The notes: a model not told the origin generated them from the letters alone. A DNA stretch of 64,000 nucleotides from an uncultured virus (IMG/VR IMGVR_UViG_3300018083_000026) (IMGVR_UViG_3300018083_000026); one strand, 5' to 3'; counted from the stretch's first letter, positions 19,418 to 29,582 are shown. Numbers and translations are program-made.

Positions 19418-20287
19418 TTAGTCCAGACCCGCTTCCTGCCTTAGCAGAGCCAGCTCTTTGGCCGAAGCTTCCGCCGGGTCCTTCGCATCCAAAAGAATGT
19501 TGCTGGTCACGCCGGGAAACAAACAGAGAGTGCGGGCGAGTTCCGCTGCCTTCCGCTGGGCGGGAGGTTCGGAGTCAAAACAGATGAAGCGGTAAGGAAT
19601 GCTAGCTAGCTGTTCTACTTGGGCCGGCGTGAAGGCGGTTCCAAAGACAGCGGCGGCTCCCGGACCTACCGCCCAAACGTCCAACGGGCCTTCGACAATG
19701 ATTACAGAATGATGGCATTGGCCTAGCCCGTAAACGAGATGTTTGATATTAGTTCCGCCGTCCCGCTCCGGAGATGCTGACACATAACGCTGGGTAACGT
19801 TGCTTCCTATGGCCCGGGTCGTCCAGCTCTTCACTTGCCCGCCCCCGAATACCGGTATGTAGAGGCGCCAGGACAAGCGGGCAGAAATGCCGATGCCTTG
19901 CACGTTCCACCCGCGGGCAATGACATCTGGGTCCAAATGCCGTTCTTTCAAATAGCGCCGGTGGGCGGGTAGGAATTCGCGCCGGCCTTTAGGCTCCACT
20001 AGCTTCTTCTCTACTGCTATTTGCGGGCGGGCGGGCAAACGTCCCGCCAGGGCTTGCTGCACAAGAGAAGGGTTTACTCCCAGCTTAATCAGGGTAGCGT
20101 AGGTGCTCTGGACTCCACAGCGCCAGCAAGCACAAGCCCGGGAGGAGAGGCTCAGCCCTAAGTGATAGGCTTGGCTTCCGCACCAGGGACAATCCCGCAA
20201 CTGGACCCACCCGGAGCGGGCGTGGTGATGCTGCCCCTCCTCTACATAAGGAAGGCGGGCCTCTTTGAGCACTTCCAAAAGTGTCAT
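19418..20287 (-). CDS. DNA primase (Zn finger plus TOPRIM)
   Basis: CPWC...CWRCG, IVEGPLD, FDSE..A, KDP. Confidence 0.85.
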   Translation of the reverse strand: MTLLEVLKEARLPYVEEGQHHHARSGWVQLRDCPWCGSQAYHLGLSLSSRACACWRCGVQSTYATLIKLGVNPSLVQQALAGRLPARPQIAVEKKLVEPKGRREFLPAHRRYLKERHLDPDVIARGWNVQGIGISARLSWRLYIPVFGGGQVKSWTTRAIGSNVTQRYVSASPERDGGTNIKHLVYGLGQCHHSVIIVEGPLDVWAVGPGAAAVFGTAFTPAQVEQLASIPYRFICFDSEPPAQRKAAELARTLCLFPGVTSNILLDAKDPAEASAKELALLRQEAGLD

Positions 20288-20288
20288 A

Positions 20289-20483
20289 TCAAAGAGTCTT
20301 TTGCGCGTATTCCCGCACCAGTTTGATAACCGCATCCCGCATCGTTATTCCCCGGCGGGCGCAAGCGCATTTGAAAGCGGAGTGGGTATCCTCCGGGATG
20401 CCTTGGATGAACAAAGTCTTTTTGTGGCGTGGCGCCCGCGGGTCCGCCGGGATTACTGATATTTTGCTTCGGGGTCTTATCAT
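20289..20483 (-). CDS. Ribbon-helix-helix DNA-binding protein
   Basis: TLFIQGIPEDTHSAFKCACARRGITMRDAV. Confidence 0.7.
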   Translation of the reverse strand: MIRPRSKISVIPADPRAPRHKKTLFIQGIPEDTHSAFKCACARRGITMRDAVIKLVREYAQKTL

Positions 20484-21835
20484 AGATAGTTCTCCGGTTT
20501 CATTAATTCATCAAATATATTCAGCGTGTCGGTCCCTTCCCCGCCATCTAAGACGGAGCCCAGCACCTCTTTCTTGCGCTGGAGCAGGCGGACCAACTTC
20601 TCCTCCGCTGTCCCTTTGGCCGTCAAATAATGAGCCGTGACTTTCAACTTCTGGCCAATGCGGTGGAGGCGGTCCTCGCCTTGCAGCAAGTCGCCCGGCG
20701 TCCAGGGATAGTCCAATGCCACAATATCTTGAGCTGCGGTCATTGTGTTGCCTATGCCCGCGGCCCGCCAATTACCTAAGAGCAAGCGGGTGGAGCGGTG
20801 TGATTGGAATCGCCGAATCGTTTCAGTCCGCATCCGGCCGCGTATCCTCCCATCTACAATCACCGCACCGGGAAACTTGCCCACCAAGTAGTCAATGACG
20901 AAAGTGTTCATCGTCAACGCCACCAGCTTCTGTCCCGGGTGGCACTCAAAGAACCGGACAATCCACCGCGCCATAAGCTCCAGCTTGAGCCGTGCGATCA
21001 AGCGCAACAGGTAACCCACCTTCACTAGGGCCATGCTCTTCTTTGCCCGCCGCGCCCGCAGCGGACTCTGTTCCGCCAGCCAGTGCCGGAAGTCGTCTTG
21101 GGCATGGAGATATTCCTTCATCCCTTCCGGTGGCAGTTGCAGGACGACCACACGCCGGCGCTTGGCCGGCAGCTCGGTCAGCACCCGCTCCTTCAGCCTC
21201 CGAATCATACACTCCCGCCGCAAGATGCGGTGAAGCTCTCCTAGCCGCTCCGCTCCATCATACTTCCAACCCCACGGCGTCTTGCGGGGCTTGCAGTAGC
21301 GCCAAGCGAAGACCGTCCAAGAGGGAAAGAGATCCGGGCGGATAAGGCAAAGGACGTGCCACAGCTCTATCGGACGGTTGGTGATGGGCGTCCCGCTCAG
21401 ACCCAGCACCGATGGCACTCCTTGAACCAGCTTAGCTGCCGCCCGGCTCCGCTGTGTTGACTTCTCCTTGCAGTAGTGGACTTCGTCAAAGATAACGCAT
21501 TGCGGCCGGGCGGCGCGGAGCAATGGGAGCCAAGAGGGAAGGATCTCGTAACTCACAATGACAATGGGACCCGGCAGTGAACGCTGGCGCTCCGGCATCT
21601 CCCCATCTAGCACTTCCGCCCGCATTCCGAAATGGAGAGCTGCCTCCCCTTGCCAAATCCACTTGAGCCCGGCGGGAGTAACAATCACCACTGGGCGCCT
21701 CCGCGGAGTCTTATGGACCCAGAACAAAGCTTGAATAGTTTTGCCCAACCCCATCTCGTCCGCTAGCAGGGCCCGCCCACCGAAGTCATAAATTTGCCGG
21801 GCTCCCTCGAGTTGGAATGGCTTAAGCTTCGTCAT
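20480..21835 (-). CDS. SNF2-family helicase
   Basis: LADEMGLGKT, DEVH, LSGTP, QGEDRLHRIGQ. Confidence 0.92.
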   Translation of the reverse strand: MTKLKPFQLEGARQIYDFGGRALLADEMGLGKTIQALFWVHKTPRRRPVVIVTPAGLKWIWQGEAALHFGMRAEVLDGEMPERQRSLPGPIVIVSYEILPSWLPLLRAARPQCVIFDEVHYCKEKSTQRSRAAAKLVQGVPSVLGLSGTPITNRPIELWHVLCLIRPDLFPSWTVFAWRYCKPRKTPWGWKYDGAERLGELHRILRRECMIRRLKERVLTELPAKRRRVVVLQLPPEGMKEYLHAQDDFRHWLAEQSPLRARRAKKSMALVKVGYLLRLIARLKLELMARWIVRFFECHPGQKLVALTMNTFVIDYLVGKFPGAVIVDGRIRGRMRTETIRRFQSHRSTRLLLGNWRAAGIGNTMTAAQDIVALDYPWTPGDLLQGEDRLHRIGQKLKVTAHYLTAKGTAEEKLVRLLQRKKEVLGSVLDGGEGTDTLNIFDELMKPENYL

Positions 21836-22127
21836 ATTCTATTGACGCCATGATCAACATCGACTCACCGAAGGCGAGCCATATCGAAATGAGCACCGCG
21901 TCCTTCTCGTAGCTCTTAGGCGTCAGCCTTAACGAAACGCTCTTGCCACTACATCTCACATCAGCTCGCCCAGAGAAGGCAACTTCTCCCGCGCTCACCG
22001 CCTTCATAGTATTAGGAACTACTTCCGAATGAGCGAGGTGGTCAGAGAACAGAATGACATACTTCGGCCGGATAGGACGCAAGTCCTCCTTGTCTCTCTT
22101 CTTGTGTTCGCAAATGACGTATTTCAT
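21822..22127 (-). CDS. Hypothetical protein
   Basis: ILF....HS...VSAG...C.G.S.SL conserved-looking pattern. Confidence 0.6.
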   Translation of the reverse strand: MKYVICEHKKRDKEDLRPIRPKYVILFSDHLAHSEVVPNTMKAVSAGEVAFSGRADVRCSGKSVSLRLTPKSYEKDAVLISIWLAFGESMLIMASIEYDEA

Positions 22128-22139
22128 TCAGTTATATTA

Positions 22140-22793
22140 TCAACCCGCCTCCTGCTCGTCACAATAAGAGAATCCGATTATCCCTCTCGCTAGGAGGCTG
22201 CGGAACTCGACCGGGTTCAACGCATACTCCGGCGAATGCTTATGCTTCCACACGCCCTGGAACCGGCGCCTAATTTCCTCCTGGGCAGCTTCAAAACGGT
22301 CGTGGGTGTAACCCCGACACATCAAGGAACGTTTCACGCGCGTCAGCAAGAGCTCGGGCGATAGAATGCTCCGCCACTTCTTAGGAGTCTCCTCCACGAG
22401 CAACTCAACAATCTCCCGGGCGTCCTCGGATAAGTCCTCCCATATCTCCAAACACGGACTGCGGGTGGCCGGTGCCGTGAGCTTGAGAACGCCGCGCAAA
22501 TTGTCCTTGAACTCAATCTGCGGGAGGCGTTGCTGGCGTTTCACCTTTTCGGTAATACGACTCTTGAATTGCCATTTGAAAATTTGGGTGTAGAAGGAGG
22601 AGAACTTAACTCGCCGCTTGGGGTCGTAGTAGTTCCACGCCCGCATGAACTGCCAATAAGCCTCCCCTAAACACTCATCAAACGGCAGCCGGTATTGGGC
22701 GGAGGCGTCCCACGCCAGCTTGTATGCTAAATTTTGAACCTCAGCCAGCATCACGTCCGGCTCCGGCTTCTGTTTCTTCTTTGTTAGATTCAT
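22140..22793 (-). CDS. Phage sigma70-like factor (region 2)
   Basis: LAYKLA...DECLGEAY..FMRAW..YDPKRRVKFSSF. Confidence 0.7.
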   Translation of the reverse strand: MNLTKKKQKPEPDVMLAEVQNLAYKLAWDASAQYRLPFDECLGEAYWQFMRAWNYYDPKRRVKFSSFYTQIFKWQFKSRITEKVKRQQRLPQIEFKDNLRGVLKLTAPATRSPCLEIWEDLSEDAREIVELLVEETPKKWRSILSPELLLTRVKRSLMCRGYTHDRFEAAQEEIRRRFQGVWKHKHSPEYALNPVEFRSLLARGIIGFSYCDEQEAG

Positions 22794-22812
22794 AATATAG
22801 GTTAGCAACCTA

Positions 22813-22847
22813 CACAATCTGGGCCGGTGGGTCCAGCCCAGATTGTG
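22813..22847. other. 12-bp perfect hairpin upstream of the sigma-like gene
   Basis: CACAATCTGGGC-N11-GCCCAGATTGTG. Confidence 0.6.
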
Positions 22848-22856
22848 CGGGAGTTA

Positions 22857-23591
22857 TTAACCAATTATGGACGAGCTGGAAGCCGCTCCGCCGACCTGCC
22901 GCAAATTCACGGAACGTCCTTTGGCGTATCCCGTCTGGTAAGCATCGTAATCAAACACCCGCATACTAGACTTGCGGGCTTTGATGAGGTGCGGAAATTC
23001 CTGGGCGACCCGCTGCTCCACCAAAGCGTCCTTGTTCACAACGATGAGGGCCCAAGATTGTGCTTCGGGCTTGCTCAAGGTCTGTTCCGCCCGCTTGTTG
23101 GCAGCCAGGAGGCCGTTATAGAACCCGGAGTAGGCTCCGTTCGCTGTGGCTGCTTCGTAGTCTGTTTCGCCGCGCGACTTCCGAATGGACCAGTAACAGC
23201 CCCAGTAGGACTCCTCCAGCCAGGGAAAGAGCTCCACACAAACCGCCACGTCGAACGCTTCACCGATGAAGACATAGGACCGGTAAACTGTAATGATACG
23301 GATGCCGAAAATTACGCTCAGGGTGGAACAAACGTATTTGTGATAGGGGCGGAAGTGCTTGGATCGAATCTTGACAGTGCCCTTATCCACCGTAACAGAA
23401 TTGGACTTGGGGGCCTTGGGGTCCGCCATTGCGATGCTGGCGAGCTCTAGGTGGTAGCGCATGGCGATTTCCTTTGCCTTGCCCATCGCGGCTTCCATCT
23501 CGTGTTGGGTGGCACCCTTGCCGTGGGCAAGGGCGAGGCACTTACGGATTTTCTCGATTACGTCGTCACTAACTTTGTTTGTGTCATTCAT
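22857..23591 (-). CDS. DUF2786-family protein
   Basis: IEKIRKCLALA....AT.HE..AA..KA..I...Y.L. Confidence 0.8.
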   Translation of the reverse strand: MNDTNKVSDDVIEKIRKCLALAHGKGATQHEMEAAMGKAKEIAMRYHLELASIAMADPKAPKSNSVTVDKGTVKIRSKHFRPYHKYVCSTLSVIFGIRIITVYRSYVFIGEAFDVAVCVELFPWLEESYWGCYWSIRKSRGETDYEAATANGAYSGFYNGLLAANKRAEQTLSKPEAQSWALIVVNKDALVEQRVAQEFPHLIKARKSSMRVFDYDAYQTGYAKGRSVNLRQVGGAASSSSIIG

Positions 23592-23627
23592 ATGTTTAAG
23601 TATTAGCAAATTGTTGGCCCGTTTCGT

Positions 23628-23819
23628 TCACTCGTAATAGGTCCCGCCCAGTGCCCCCCGGACCCGCACTAAACCAAGCTCCGCATACACTTGTTGACGT
23701 TGTCGGCGAGCGAGGTTCTTCTTCGCCCGGGCGGAGGCGTCCATATAGTCCCGGGCCCGGGCGATTGCTTGCTGCTTCGGGCTCATTCTGTCCCACACGG
23801 TTTGCTTGTTTGCATTCAT
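23628..23819 (-). CDS. Hypothetical early protein
   Basis: Start follows motif; ends GLVRVRGALGGTYYE. Confidence 0.65.
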   Translation of the reverse strand: MNANKQTVWDRMSPKQQAIARARDYMDASARAKKNLARRQRQQVYAELGLVRVRGALGGTYYE

Positions 23820-23848
23820 GATATTGTATTAGCAGATTATTGGCCCAG

Positions 23849-24082
23849 TTAGAACTTGATAATCTCATGCACACCACCCCGGTAAAGTGACTGTCCGGTG
23901 CTCAGGACCTTGGTGAACTTAAAGGACTCGGAACGGCGGGCACCGGCGCGTTGCACGCGGATGGAGTGGGTGTTCACGCGGGTAACTACGGCCGGCGCCG
24001 TCCAGCTGCGGATGATGATCCCGATACACTGGCTACTGGTGATCTGCACTGTCTCTCCGACTTTCAAGTTGTTTACGTTCAT
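23849..24082 (-). CDS. Hypothetical early protein (SH3-like)
   Basis: LKVGETV; start follows motif. Confidence 0.6.
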   Translation of the reverse strand: MNVNNLKVGETVQITSSQCIGIIIRSWTAPAVVTRVNTHSIRVQRAGARRSESFKFTKVLSTGQSLYRGGVHEIIKF

Positions 24083-24255
24083 GATACACTATAAGCAATT
24101 CACTGGCCCGTTGAACGGAGCACAAGCCCAAAGCAAACTGTCCATCATTATATCAGCTGTCCAGGACCGTTGGTCCATCTCTGGACCGGTCGACCCACTG
24201 CACTATACTATAGTCAGCTGGTTCAAGCGGGCACGCGACTTGCTGATAGTCCTTC

Positions 24256-24441
24256 ATGATGAAAGTTCAACGTATCCACAAGACCCGCAAGTCCGCCGCC
24301 AGTTACTTGAGCGAGCGCGGCTGGAGCCGCCGGTCCACAGACTCCTTCGGTGACTGGGTATTTATCCATCCCGTGAAGCAGTATCGCAATATCATCGTGC
24401 AGCTCAAAAACCGTTCCTGGGAAATTCAAGCCTGGGGATAA
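24256..24441 (+). CDS. Hypothetical early protein
   Basis: Start follows motif. Confidence 0.6.
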   Translation: MMKVQRIHKTRKSAASYLSERGWSRRSTDSFGDWVFIHPVKQYRNIIVQLKNRSWEIQAWG

Positions 24442-24472
24442 GTCGGGCCTAACCTCTGCTATCAATACTCAT

Positions 24473-24790
24473 ATGAAACTACGCGATTTTGAAAACCGGT
24501 TCGAAGCGACACTCCAGTCGCACAAGCTCGAATACACAATGGAAACGACAACGGAAACCGCTGTGGGGATTACCTGGGTTTGGAAGTCCTACTCCATCAA
24601 ACCCCGCTGCGCCTTCAACGGTCCCTTGCTGGTGACGCTGGGTAAGCATACCCGCCCGGGTGGGTTCAATCGCCGCTCCCGGACCGGCTGCTCGTGCTTC
24701 GTAGTCCCACCCCACGGCATGGGGAGCAAAGCCGTCCACGGGCTGACTGCCGTGTGGCGTTTCATCCGCATCATTTGCCTGCCGCTCTAA
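24473..24790 (+). CDS. Hypothetical early protein
   Basis: Start follows motif. Confidence 0.6.
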   Translation: MKLRDFENRFEATLQSHKLEYTMETTTETAVGITWVWKSYSIKPRCAFNGPLLVTLGKHTRPGGFNRRSRTGCSCFVVPPHGMGSKAVHGLTAVWRFIRIICLPL

Positions 24791-24886
24791 GCCTTCGGGC
24801 CTAGGAATTGCTGACAGAGCTCATAGAAAATAATGCAAGAATAGATTGGACAGACTGATAATAAACACAGATAGATAATATAGGTT

Positions 24887-25615
24887 ATGAACATGGTTTA
24901 CTTAAGGGTCGGGGACGTGATAGAAACAAGTGGAGACCAGTGGGTCGTAGTAATGGTGAACGATTGTCGCGCCCGCTGCCGCTGCCTGTCCCGCAAGACC
25001 CGCATCGTAAAGGATGGACTGAACAATCAAGTCCACGAGTTCGAAGGCACGGCTGCGATGATTAACATTAGCAACCTGATCGAGCCCGGGGAAGTCCTCC
25101 GCCATGATCGAGATTTAGTTAGCAACATAAACAAAAACAAAACACAGAAAGCAGACACAATGAAAGACAAGACAGCAAAAACCGACAAGAAAACTGAAAC
25201 CACCCACACCGGGCTCCTCGGCGGGATCTTTGGACTCTCCGTGACCAGCGTGCTTCGCCGGCTCGGCAAAGAGGGTGTTACCACCGCCCACGCCCGGGAG
25301 ATCATGAAGGCCCAGAACGTGGAAACCTCGGACATTACCGTGAGCATCCAGGTCAACGCTGGCCGCCGGGGCAAAGGCGGCCCGCCTGCGGAACTCACCG
25401 CCGCTCAGATCAAACAGCTCGTTTCCAGTGCTCCCGCACCCAAGGCCCCGGAGAAGAAAGAGAAGCCGGCCAAGGCCGCGAAGAAGGGTGTCAAAGCCGC
25501 TCCCGCAAAGAAGGACGCAAAGCCCGCTAAGCCGGCGAAGAAGGCTGCCAAGCCCGACGACGAGGAGGCTGCCAAGCCCGACGACGATGAGGAAGTGGTG
25601 AGCCCCGAAGACTGA
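24887..25615 (+). CDS. Protein with histone H1-like PAKK-rich region and acidic tail
   Basis: KPAKAAKK..APAKKDAKPAKPAKK, AAKPDD repeat; possible internal start MKDKTAK. Confidence 0.65.
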   Translation: MNMVYLRVGDVIETSGDQWVVVMVNDCRARCRCLSRKTRIVKDGLNNQVHEFEGTAAMINISNLIEPGEVLRHDRDLVSNINKNKTQKADTMKDKTAKTDKKTETTHTGLLGGIFGLSVTSVLRRLGKEGVTTAHAREIMKAQNVETSDITVSIQVNAGRRGKGGPPAELTAAQIKQLVSSAPAPKAPEKKEKPAKAAKKGVKAAPAKKDAKPAKPAKKAAKPDDEEAAKPDDDEEVVSPED

Positions 25616-25634
25616 CACCCGCCCCAACCCATCC

Positions 25635-25665
25635 AGCCCTAGGATTTTCCTAGGGCTTTTTTTTT
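25635..25665 (+). terminator. Rho-independent terminator
   Basis: AGCCCTAGGA-ttt-TCCTAGGGCT followed by T run. Confidence 0.9.
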
Positions 25666-25703
25666 GTTTTGCCGTCACCCGCCCGCAGCCGTAAGATAAT
25701 AAC

Positions 25704-25797
25704 AAGTAAGTCGTAGATAAGAAAATTTGCTGCCCGGCCTTGTGAGGTGTCGTTGCATTACCATCTTCGACTTACTTACCTCATGAAGGCCGGCAGC
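25704..25797 (+). promoter_or_regulatory. Structured 5' leader (pseudoknot or switch) of the replication initiator
   Basis: Interleaved complementary segments 25704-25718/25763-25777 and 25729-25748/25778-25797. Confidence 0.55.
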
Positions 25798-25812
25798 TTT
25801 TAATTTGAGATT

Positions 25813-26640
25813 ATGATTCAACATATTCACAGGCGGGATAATCCGTTCGTGCAAGTGGATAAGAATATTCTGAACAATCCAAACTTATCCTGGAAAGCCA
25901 AAGGCATCTTGATCTATTTGCTCAGCCACTCCGACAAGTGGGTCCCGCAAGTGGAGGACATTGCCGAACATGGCACGAGCGGGCGGGATAGTGTTCACGC
26001 GGCCCTGCGGGAATTACGAGACGAGGGATACGCCCGCATGGTTTACCAACAGACCTCCGACAACGGGCAATTCAAAGGACGTGGATGGCATATATACGAA
26101 AGTCCTCAAAAGACCGGGCATTCCGTGGAACGGGTTTTACGTGCCACGGCTAAACTGCCACTACGTAATAATAAAGGGAAAAATAACACACAAGCCGCTG
26201 GCGCGGCCCAGTGTGATTTAATTTTTGAAAGTGGTAACTTCCCTTCCACTCCCGCAGGGGAGTTATGCCTCCACTTTGAGAGGTTCATCAAGAGCCACAA
26301 ACTAAACTGGGTCATTGATAGACGTAACGGCAAAAAAGTAGAGGTCAAAATAAACCGCAATTATTGGCTGCGGGCTTGCGCCACCCTCTTAAACGAGGTC
26401 CGTCCTACTACCATCAAAGAAACAATGGATTGGTATTTCAAGCATCACCACGAACAGTATGTTCCCAAATGCGGGTCGTTGATGAGCTTCTGTGAGAACT
26501 TCCAGCGAGTGCAAAATGCCCACGACCGGAGCGAAGGAATTGTCCGGGAAGATGAAGAGGATATAGACCACCAGGCAGCCGAGTCCGAACGCTTGAATTC
26601 CGAATACCTCCGCTCCCACCGCCTCCGCCATGCAGATTAA
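25813..26640 (+). CDS. Replication initiator / replisome organiser (wHTH)
   Basis: NPFVQV...LSWKAKGILIYLLS...ALRELRDEGY; upstream of DnaB. Confidence 0.8.
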   Translation: MIQHIHRRDNPFVQVDKNILNNPNLSWKAKGILIYLLSHSDKWVPQVEDIAEHGTSGRDSVHAALRELRDEGYARMVYQQTSDNGQFKGRGWHIYESPQKTGHSVERVLRATAKLPLRNNKGKNNTQAAGAAQCDLIFESGNFPSTPAGELCLHFERFIKSHKLNWVIDRRNGKKVEVKINRNYWLRACATLLNEVRPTTIKETMDWYFKHHHEQYVPKCGSLMSFCENFQRVQNAHDRSEGIVREDEEDIDHQAAESERLNSEYLRSHRLRHAD

Positions 26641-28045
26641 AAAATTTCAATCTAAAGAGGAGCATACCCTCCTCGCTGCTCTTATCACCCACGACGGGGT
26701 GTTGGGTTCTGTAGCCCAAGCCCTCGGTCCCGAGAAAGACCCGTTCCCAAACCGCTGGAGCAATCTAATCGCCCAGTGGTGCTTCACCTATTTTGACAAG
26801 TATCAGAAGGCGCCCGGCCGCTCCATCCAGCAACTCTTTTTGAAATGGGCCGCGCAAGCGCCAGACCCGGCGGTGGCGGAACTCGTAGAAAAGTATCTCG
26901 GGACCCTGAGCGACCACTATGCCAAGGACCCGACCCTCAATGAAAAGTATATTGTGGACGTGGCGTCCCATTATTTCGAACGGGTCCGGCTGTCCCGCAT
27001 GTCAGAAGCCATTGACTCCGCCCTCGAACGCGACGACTTAAAAGAGGCGCGGGAAGCCTCGTTGGCAATACCTATCGACTTCTCCTCCGGCGCCTGGAAG
27101 GACCCTTTCTCCAAGGAGTCTATCAAGCAAACCTTCCGCCGGAAAGCGGAGGACCAGACTGTTATCCAGTTCCCCGGGGACCTGGGCCTCTTCCTTTCGC
27201 CCCATCTAGAACGCACGGACTTCGTTTCGTTCTGCGGGCCGGAGAAGCGGGGCAAGTCTTGGTGGCTTCAGGAATCCGTTTTTCTCGGGCTCCAGCAGAA
27301 ACGGAAGGTGCTCTACTATGTCTTGGGTGATATGTCGGAGGAGCAAGTCAACCGCCGCCTCTATTCCCGCTTGCTCCGGCGCCCGTGGCAAACCAAGCTG
27401 GTGCGGCGGCCAGTCTCGCTAGATCCGCAAGGACGGGAATCCAATTGCAAATTCCGATCGGTGGAGAAGGAAGGGATCTCCGCGCGGGAAGTTTGGGAGG
27501 GAGTCGAAAGGTTTAAGCGCCTGACCGGGACCACCCAGATGCGGCTCCGCTTACGTTGCGAGGGCGGGCTCGTGGTCTCGGCCAGCGACATTGAGAAAGA
27601 CATCGCCCGGCTGGCCAAGCAAGAGAGCTGGGTCCCGGACTTGGTGGCCGTGGATTATGCGGACCTACTGGCGCCGGAGCCACACACCAAGAACCAGGAA
27701 GTCCGGCACCAAATGAATGCTTCCTGGCTGATAATGCGCCGCATTGGTTTGACTTATTCCTGCTTAATGCTGACGGCGACTCAAGCGGCCACCTCGGCTT
27801 ACAATGCCTGGCTGATTCGCAAGAAGGACTTTTCCGAGGACAAGCGCAAGAACGCCCACGTCACAGGGATGATAGGCATTAACCAAACCGAAAGCGGGCA
27901 GGACGACAATCCTTCGGAGAAGGAACTCGGGGTCTACCGCCTTAATTGGATTGTGTTGCGGGGCGGCAGCTGGTCGGAGAGCCAGTTCGTTTGGACCGCC
28001 GGGAACCTCTCCATAGGTTGTCCTTGCATCATCTCCCACCTCTAA
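26630..28045 (+). CDS. Replicative helicase, DnaB-like
   Basis: GPEKRGKS, VAVDYADLL, TATQ, SEDKRK. Confidence 0.85.
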   Translation: MQIKKFQSKEEHTLLAALITHDGVLGSVAQALGPEKDPFPNRWSNLIAQWCFTYFDKYQKAPGRSIQQLFLKWAAQAPDPAVAELVEKYLGTLSDHYAKDPTLNEKYIVDVASHYFERVRLSRMSEAIDSALERDDLKEAREASLAIPIDFSSGAWKDPFSKESIKQTFRRKAEDQTVIQFPGDLGLFLSPHLERTDFVSFCGPEKRGKSWWLQESVFLGLQQKRKVLYYVLGDMSEEQVNRRLYSRLLRRPWQTKLVRRPVSLDPQGRESNCKFRSVEKEGISAREVWEGVERFKRLTGTTQMRLRLRCEGGLVVSASDIEKDIARLAKQESWVPDLVAVDYADLLAPEPHTKNQEVRHQMNASWLIMRRIGLTYSCLMLTATQAATSAYNAWLIRKKDFSEDKRKNAHVTGMIGINQTESGQDDNPSEKELGVYRLNWIVLRGGSWSESQFVWTAGNLSIGCPCIISHL

Positions 28046-28063
28046 CAGATAATATAAACGACT

Positions 28064-28534
28064 ATGACAAAAATGACACGAACACGAGCGATTACATTTT
28101 TCGCCGCCATCGGCTTTCCTAAAGCGGAGGAGTGGGACGATGCCAAGCTTATCCACCGGCTTTCCCAAGTTCCTTCTCGGGTATCCGATCAGGACGTGCC
28201 TACCTCAGCCATGCCAGTTTATGACGAGTTGCGGGAGGCCCCGACCGTGCAGTTCATCCGCGAGCCCGGGGAGCCGGCACCCAAAGCGGCCCGTCCCAGC
28301 CGTGCCAAGCCACCCACGGATAAAACCGAGCCGGAGCGGGACAAGGATGGTGCGGCCCACGGAACCATTCGAGCTGCCGTGAACGCAGTCTTGTCCGTCG
28401 CTTGGAAAACCGATAAGAAGATTGCTAAGGATGCGGGCGTCGGCTTGCAGCAAACCCGCCGCTGGCTCCGCAAGATAATACAGGATGGAAAAGTGGAGAA
28501 ACGAAACCAAATCATTTACCGGCTTATTGAATAA
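28064..28534 (+). CDS. Hypothetical protein with C-terminal wHTH
   Basis: TDKKIAKDAGV....TRRWLRK...GKVE. Confidence 0.55.
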   Translation: MTKMTRTRAITFFAAIGFPKAEEWDDAKLIHRLSQVPSRVSDQDVPTSAMPVYDELREAPTVQFIREPGEPAPKAARPSRAKPPTDKTEPERDKDGAAHGTIRAAVNAVLSVAWKTDKKIAKDAGVGLQQTRRWLRKIIQDGKVEKRNQIIYRLIE

Positions 28535-28899
28535 TGTTTACCCTCACCAAAGAATTCAGGTTTGAGGCTGCCCACATGCTCCCGCATCATGATGGGAAGT
28601 GTCGGCGGCTCCACGGCCACAGTTGGAAGATGCGGGTAGAGCTGCGGAAGATCGGGCTGGAGGTCGAGGGACCCAAGCGAGGGATGCTGATGGACTTTGG
28701 CGACATCAGCAAAGCGATCCAGCCGTTGCTGGAGACGAGATTGGACCATCACTATTTGAACGAAACAACAGGCTTGGAGAATCCCACCAGCGAGGAAGTA
28801 GCGAGGTGGGTGTTCAACCACCTCGAGGGGGAATTGGCTTATCTGCACGCGGTAGAAATAGATGAGACTTGCACGTCCTCATGCCGCTACGAGTTATGA
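28534..28899 (+). CDS. queD: 6-carboxytetrahydropterin synthase
   Basis: FEAAH, CRRLHGHS, DFG, LDH..LN, PTSE, ET. Confidence 0.96.
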   Translation: MFTLTKEFRFEAAHMLPHHDGKCRRLHGHSWKMRVELRKIGLEVEGPKRGMLMDFGDISKAIQPLLETRLDHHYLNETTGLENPTSEEVARWVFNHLEGELAYLHAVEIDETCTSSCRYEL

Positions 28900-29582
28900 G
28901 TAACACCTATCCCATCCACGAGATGTTCGACACTTTCCAAGGTGAGGGAGTTCACATGGGGAAGCCGGCATTTTTTATTAGAACGTATGGCTGTCCGGTT
29001 CATTGTCCTTGGTGTGATTCGGCTGGGACCTGGCACCCGGACTGGATACCCAAGGACGTGAGCCGGATGACTCCAGAACAGATTGTAAAGTCGCTCCCGC
29101 CCCGAACTAAGATTGTTATCATTACGGGAGGAGAGCCCACAATCTTTAACCTCAATCCGTTGGTGGATGAACTCCACATGCTTGATATACAAGTCCACTT
29201 GGAAACAAGCGGAGGCTTTCCCATCCAGGGAGAGTTGGATTGGATAACCCTCTCGCCTAAGAAGTGGAGGCATCCCATTCCGTCTGCACTGGTCCGGGCC
29301 GACGAGTTCAAGTTTATCATCGAGACGGAGGAGGACATTGACTTTTATTGGAAGTTGATTCAGATGCCGAACTATACGGAGGATCGTCCTATTTGGTTGC
29401 ATCCGGAGTGGAGCCAGCACAAGAATTCGAAGGTGCTAGAAGCAATCTGTGAGGCGGTGAAGGATGGGGAGGGACAATATCGGGCGGGCTGGCAGCTTCA
29501 CAAGTGTTATGGCGTGGACTTGCTAGATAAGCGGTCCCGGCCCATGGTCCCGCTCGGTGGAGATTATAAAAGAGGATTCTAA
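28896..29582 (+). CDS. queE: 7-carboxy-7-deazaguanine synthase (radical SAM)
   Basis: [33 protein letters not shown]. Confidence 0.95.
   Translation: MSNTYPIHEMFDTFQGEGVHMGKPAFFIRTYGCPVHCPWCDSAGTWHPDWIPKDVSRMTPEQIVKSLPPRTKIVIITGGEPTIFNLNPLVDELHMLDIQVHLETSGGFPIQGELDWITLSPKKWRHPIPSALVRADEFKFIIETEEDIDFYWKLIQMPNYTEDRPIWLHPEWSQHKNSKVLEAICEAVKDGEGQYRAGWQLHKCYGVDLLDKRSRPMVPLGGDYKRGF

Larger units (their letters stand above)
23605..24812. promoter_or_regulatory. Divergent cluster of 6 sigma54-like promoters
   Basis: Minus: 23605-23620, 23831-23846, 24094-24109; plus: 24229-24244 (GGGCACGCGACTTGCT), 24445-24460, 24797-24812. Confidence 0.75.
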
